DNA of 64,000 nucleotides from Candidatus Glassbacteria bacterium. GTDB lineage: Bacteria; Gemmatimonadota; CAZMKB01. Positions 63,205-64,000 of this stretch are shown in pieces; within the stretch, counting starts at the first letter, position 1; each line of letters begins with the position of its first letter. The stretch spans positions 38,064-102,063 of the forward strand of contig JBHIFB010000001.1 of NCBI GenBank assembly GCA_046760905.1, given 5' to 3'. Both the position numbers and the translations under genes were made by a program. The notes under the pieces are model-generated. The model was not told the DNA's origin, ran no database searches, and saw only the letters and a program-made list of their open reading frames with translations.

Positions 63205-64000
63205 ATGAAACCAATTTATCTAATCTGCCTCTTGACCTGCTCGGCCCTCATGACGGTCTGCAGCGTTTCCAATACGACGAGCTCCACTTCTGGATCCGAA
63301 GGGGACCAGGGTGTAGCCCCACTGAAAGTGGAAGGAAGGTATATGATAAACGAGGAGGGAAAGAGGGTGTGGCTTGTTGGGTTTCAGGTGCCCTGGATAT
63401 TCCTTCGCGAAGGGAGGACGGTGGAGAAACACAGGGAATTCGTTCAAAAGATCGGGGAGCGGGTAACCGATTTCTACGATGCAGGATTCTCCAACTGGTT
63501 CACCGCTGAGGATGTGAAGCAAATAGCAGAGATGGGGGCAAACTGCATAAGGCTCACCACGGTCTTCTGGACCTATGAGGAAGAACCGTACAAATATTCG
63601 GATGCTTCTTTCAGAAGGCTCGATCGCGTCATCGAAGAATGTGGAAAGCGGGGAGTGTATGTTGTTCTCAGCTGCAACTCCGCTCCAGGCGGGCAGAATC
63701 CGGCGGGGCACGGGGGTGCTGGGGGAAGGAATGAGTACTGGATGGTGGATGAATACCAAAAGAGGTATGTCTCGATGTGGAAGGAGATCGCAGGGCATTA
63801 TAAAAATTCTACCGCCATTGCCGGTTACGACGTACTAAACGAACCAGCGCCTCCAGATGACGCATCGCTCGCCAGGGCATACCGCGACATCGTGAATGCG
63901 ATAAGATCCACTGGGGACAGACACATAATCTTTCTTCAATATCCCCTCAAGGCGGGTGCTGATGTGCCCATTATCGAGGGAGAGAACATCGCGTACTCAT
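63205..64000 (+). CDS. glycoside hydrolase family 5 (cellulase-like) lipoprotein; 3' end runs off the right edge
   Basis: Hand translation MKPIYLICLLTCSALMTVCS... includes ANCIRLT and the GH5 acid/base motif VLNEP. No stop codon inside the window. Confidence 0.65.
   Translation, partial: MKPIYLICLLTCSALMTVCSVSNTTSSTSGSEGDQGVAPLKVEGRYMINEEGKRVWLVGFQVPWIFLREGRTVEKHREFVQKIGERVTDFYDAGFSNWFTAEDVKQIAEMGANCIRLTTVFWTYEEEPYKYSDASFRRLDRVIEECGKRGVYVVLSCNSAPGGQNPAGHGGAGGRNEYWMVDEYQKRYVSMWKEIAGHYKNSTAIAGYDVLNEPAPPDDASLARAYRDIVNAIRSTGDRHIIFLQYPLKAGADVPIIEGENIAYS

Noticed and set aside
63220-63798. 192-aa minus-strand ORF
   Set aside because: It is antisense to a much better plus-strand GH5 gene (63205 onwards), which has a lipoprotein signal and an LNEP catalytic motif. 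The minus frame has no motifs.

Overview
This is a 64 kb chromosomal segment from a bacterium, at roughly 50% GC, with dense gene packing and mostly minus-strand transcription. The taxon cannot be assigned from sequence alone. All calls come from reading the six-frame translations and the DNA directly; nothing was searched or computed against databases.

Housekeeping backbone:
- 1-7.6 kb, all on the minus strand: tilS, hpt, ftsH, folP, cdaA, then a partial DUF2723/TMEM260-like membrane protein running off the left edge. A tRNA with a CAU anticodon sits just upstream of tilS.
- 7.7-12 kb, small accessory module: a rubrerythrin-like gene, a GNAT acetyltransferase/B12-binding radical SAM operon, and an XRE-family regulator with a degenerate S24 peptidase-like domain. 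Two of its promoters share the 13-mer CCTCGTTGACAAG.
- 13.1-20.7 kb: initiator tRNA-fMet, then a minus-strand run of a MEMO1-like gene, a HAD hydrolase, nnr, a beta-propeller protein, thiL, eno and ftsB.
- 20.8-33.5 kb: a Mut7-C nuclease gene next to a small zinc-ribbon gene, panD, a three-gene secreted/TPR/giant coiled-coil operon, rsmI, ybjQ, an orphan anti-sigma-like zinc-finger protein, rpsT and a class II aldolase.

Metabolic operon, 34.5-41.8 kb (minus strand): archaeal-type HMG-CoA synthase, thiolase and a DUF35 zinc-ribbon/OB-fold protein are fused to a methylcrotonyl-CoA carboxylase set: the carboxyltransferase beta subunit, methylglutaconyl-CoA hydratase, and biotin carboxylase plus its biotin-carrier domain. 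The carboxylase alpha-type subunit is split by a frame change into biotin carboxylase and biotin-carrier reading frames.

Polysaccharide locus, 42-64 kb: Wza exporter, two Wzz/GumC-type co-polymerases, glycosyltransferase, three membrane-anchored alkaline-phosphatase-superfamily (sulfatase-like or phosphodiesterase) enzymes, an arylsulfotransferase-like beta-propeller, a methyltransferase, two clan GH-A glycosidases, a lone cytoplasmic molybdopterin oxidoreductase and a parvulin PPIase. The 45-50 kb part looks lower in GC.

No CRISPR array, transposase, integrase or rRNA was seen. Two tRNAs are present, both with a CAU anticodon.
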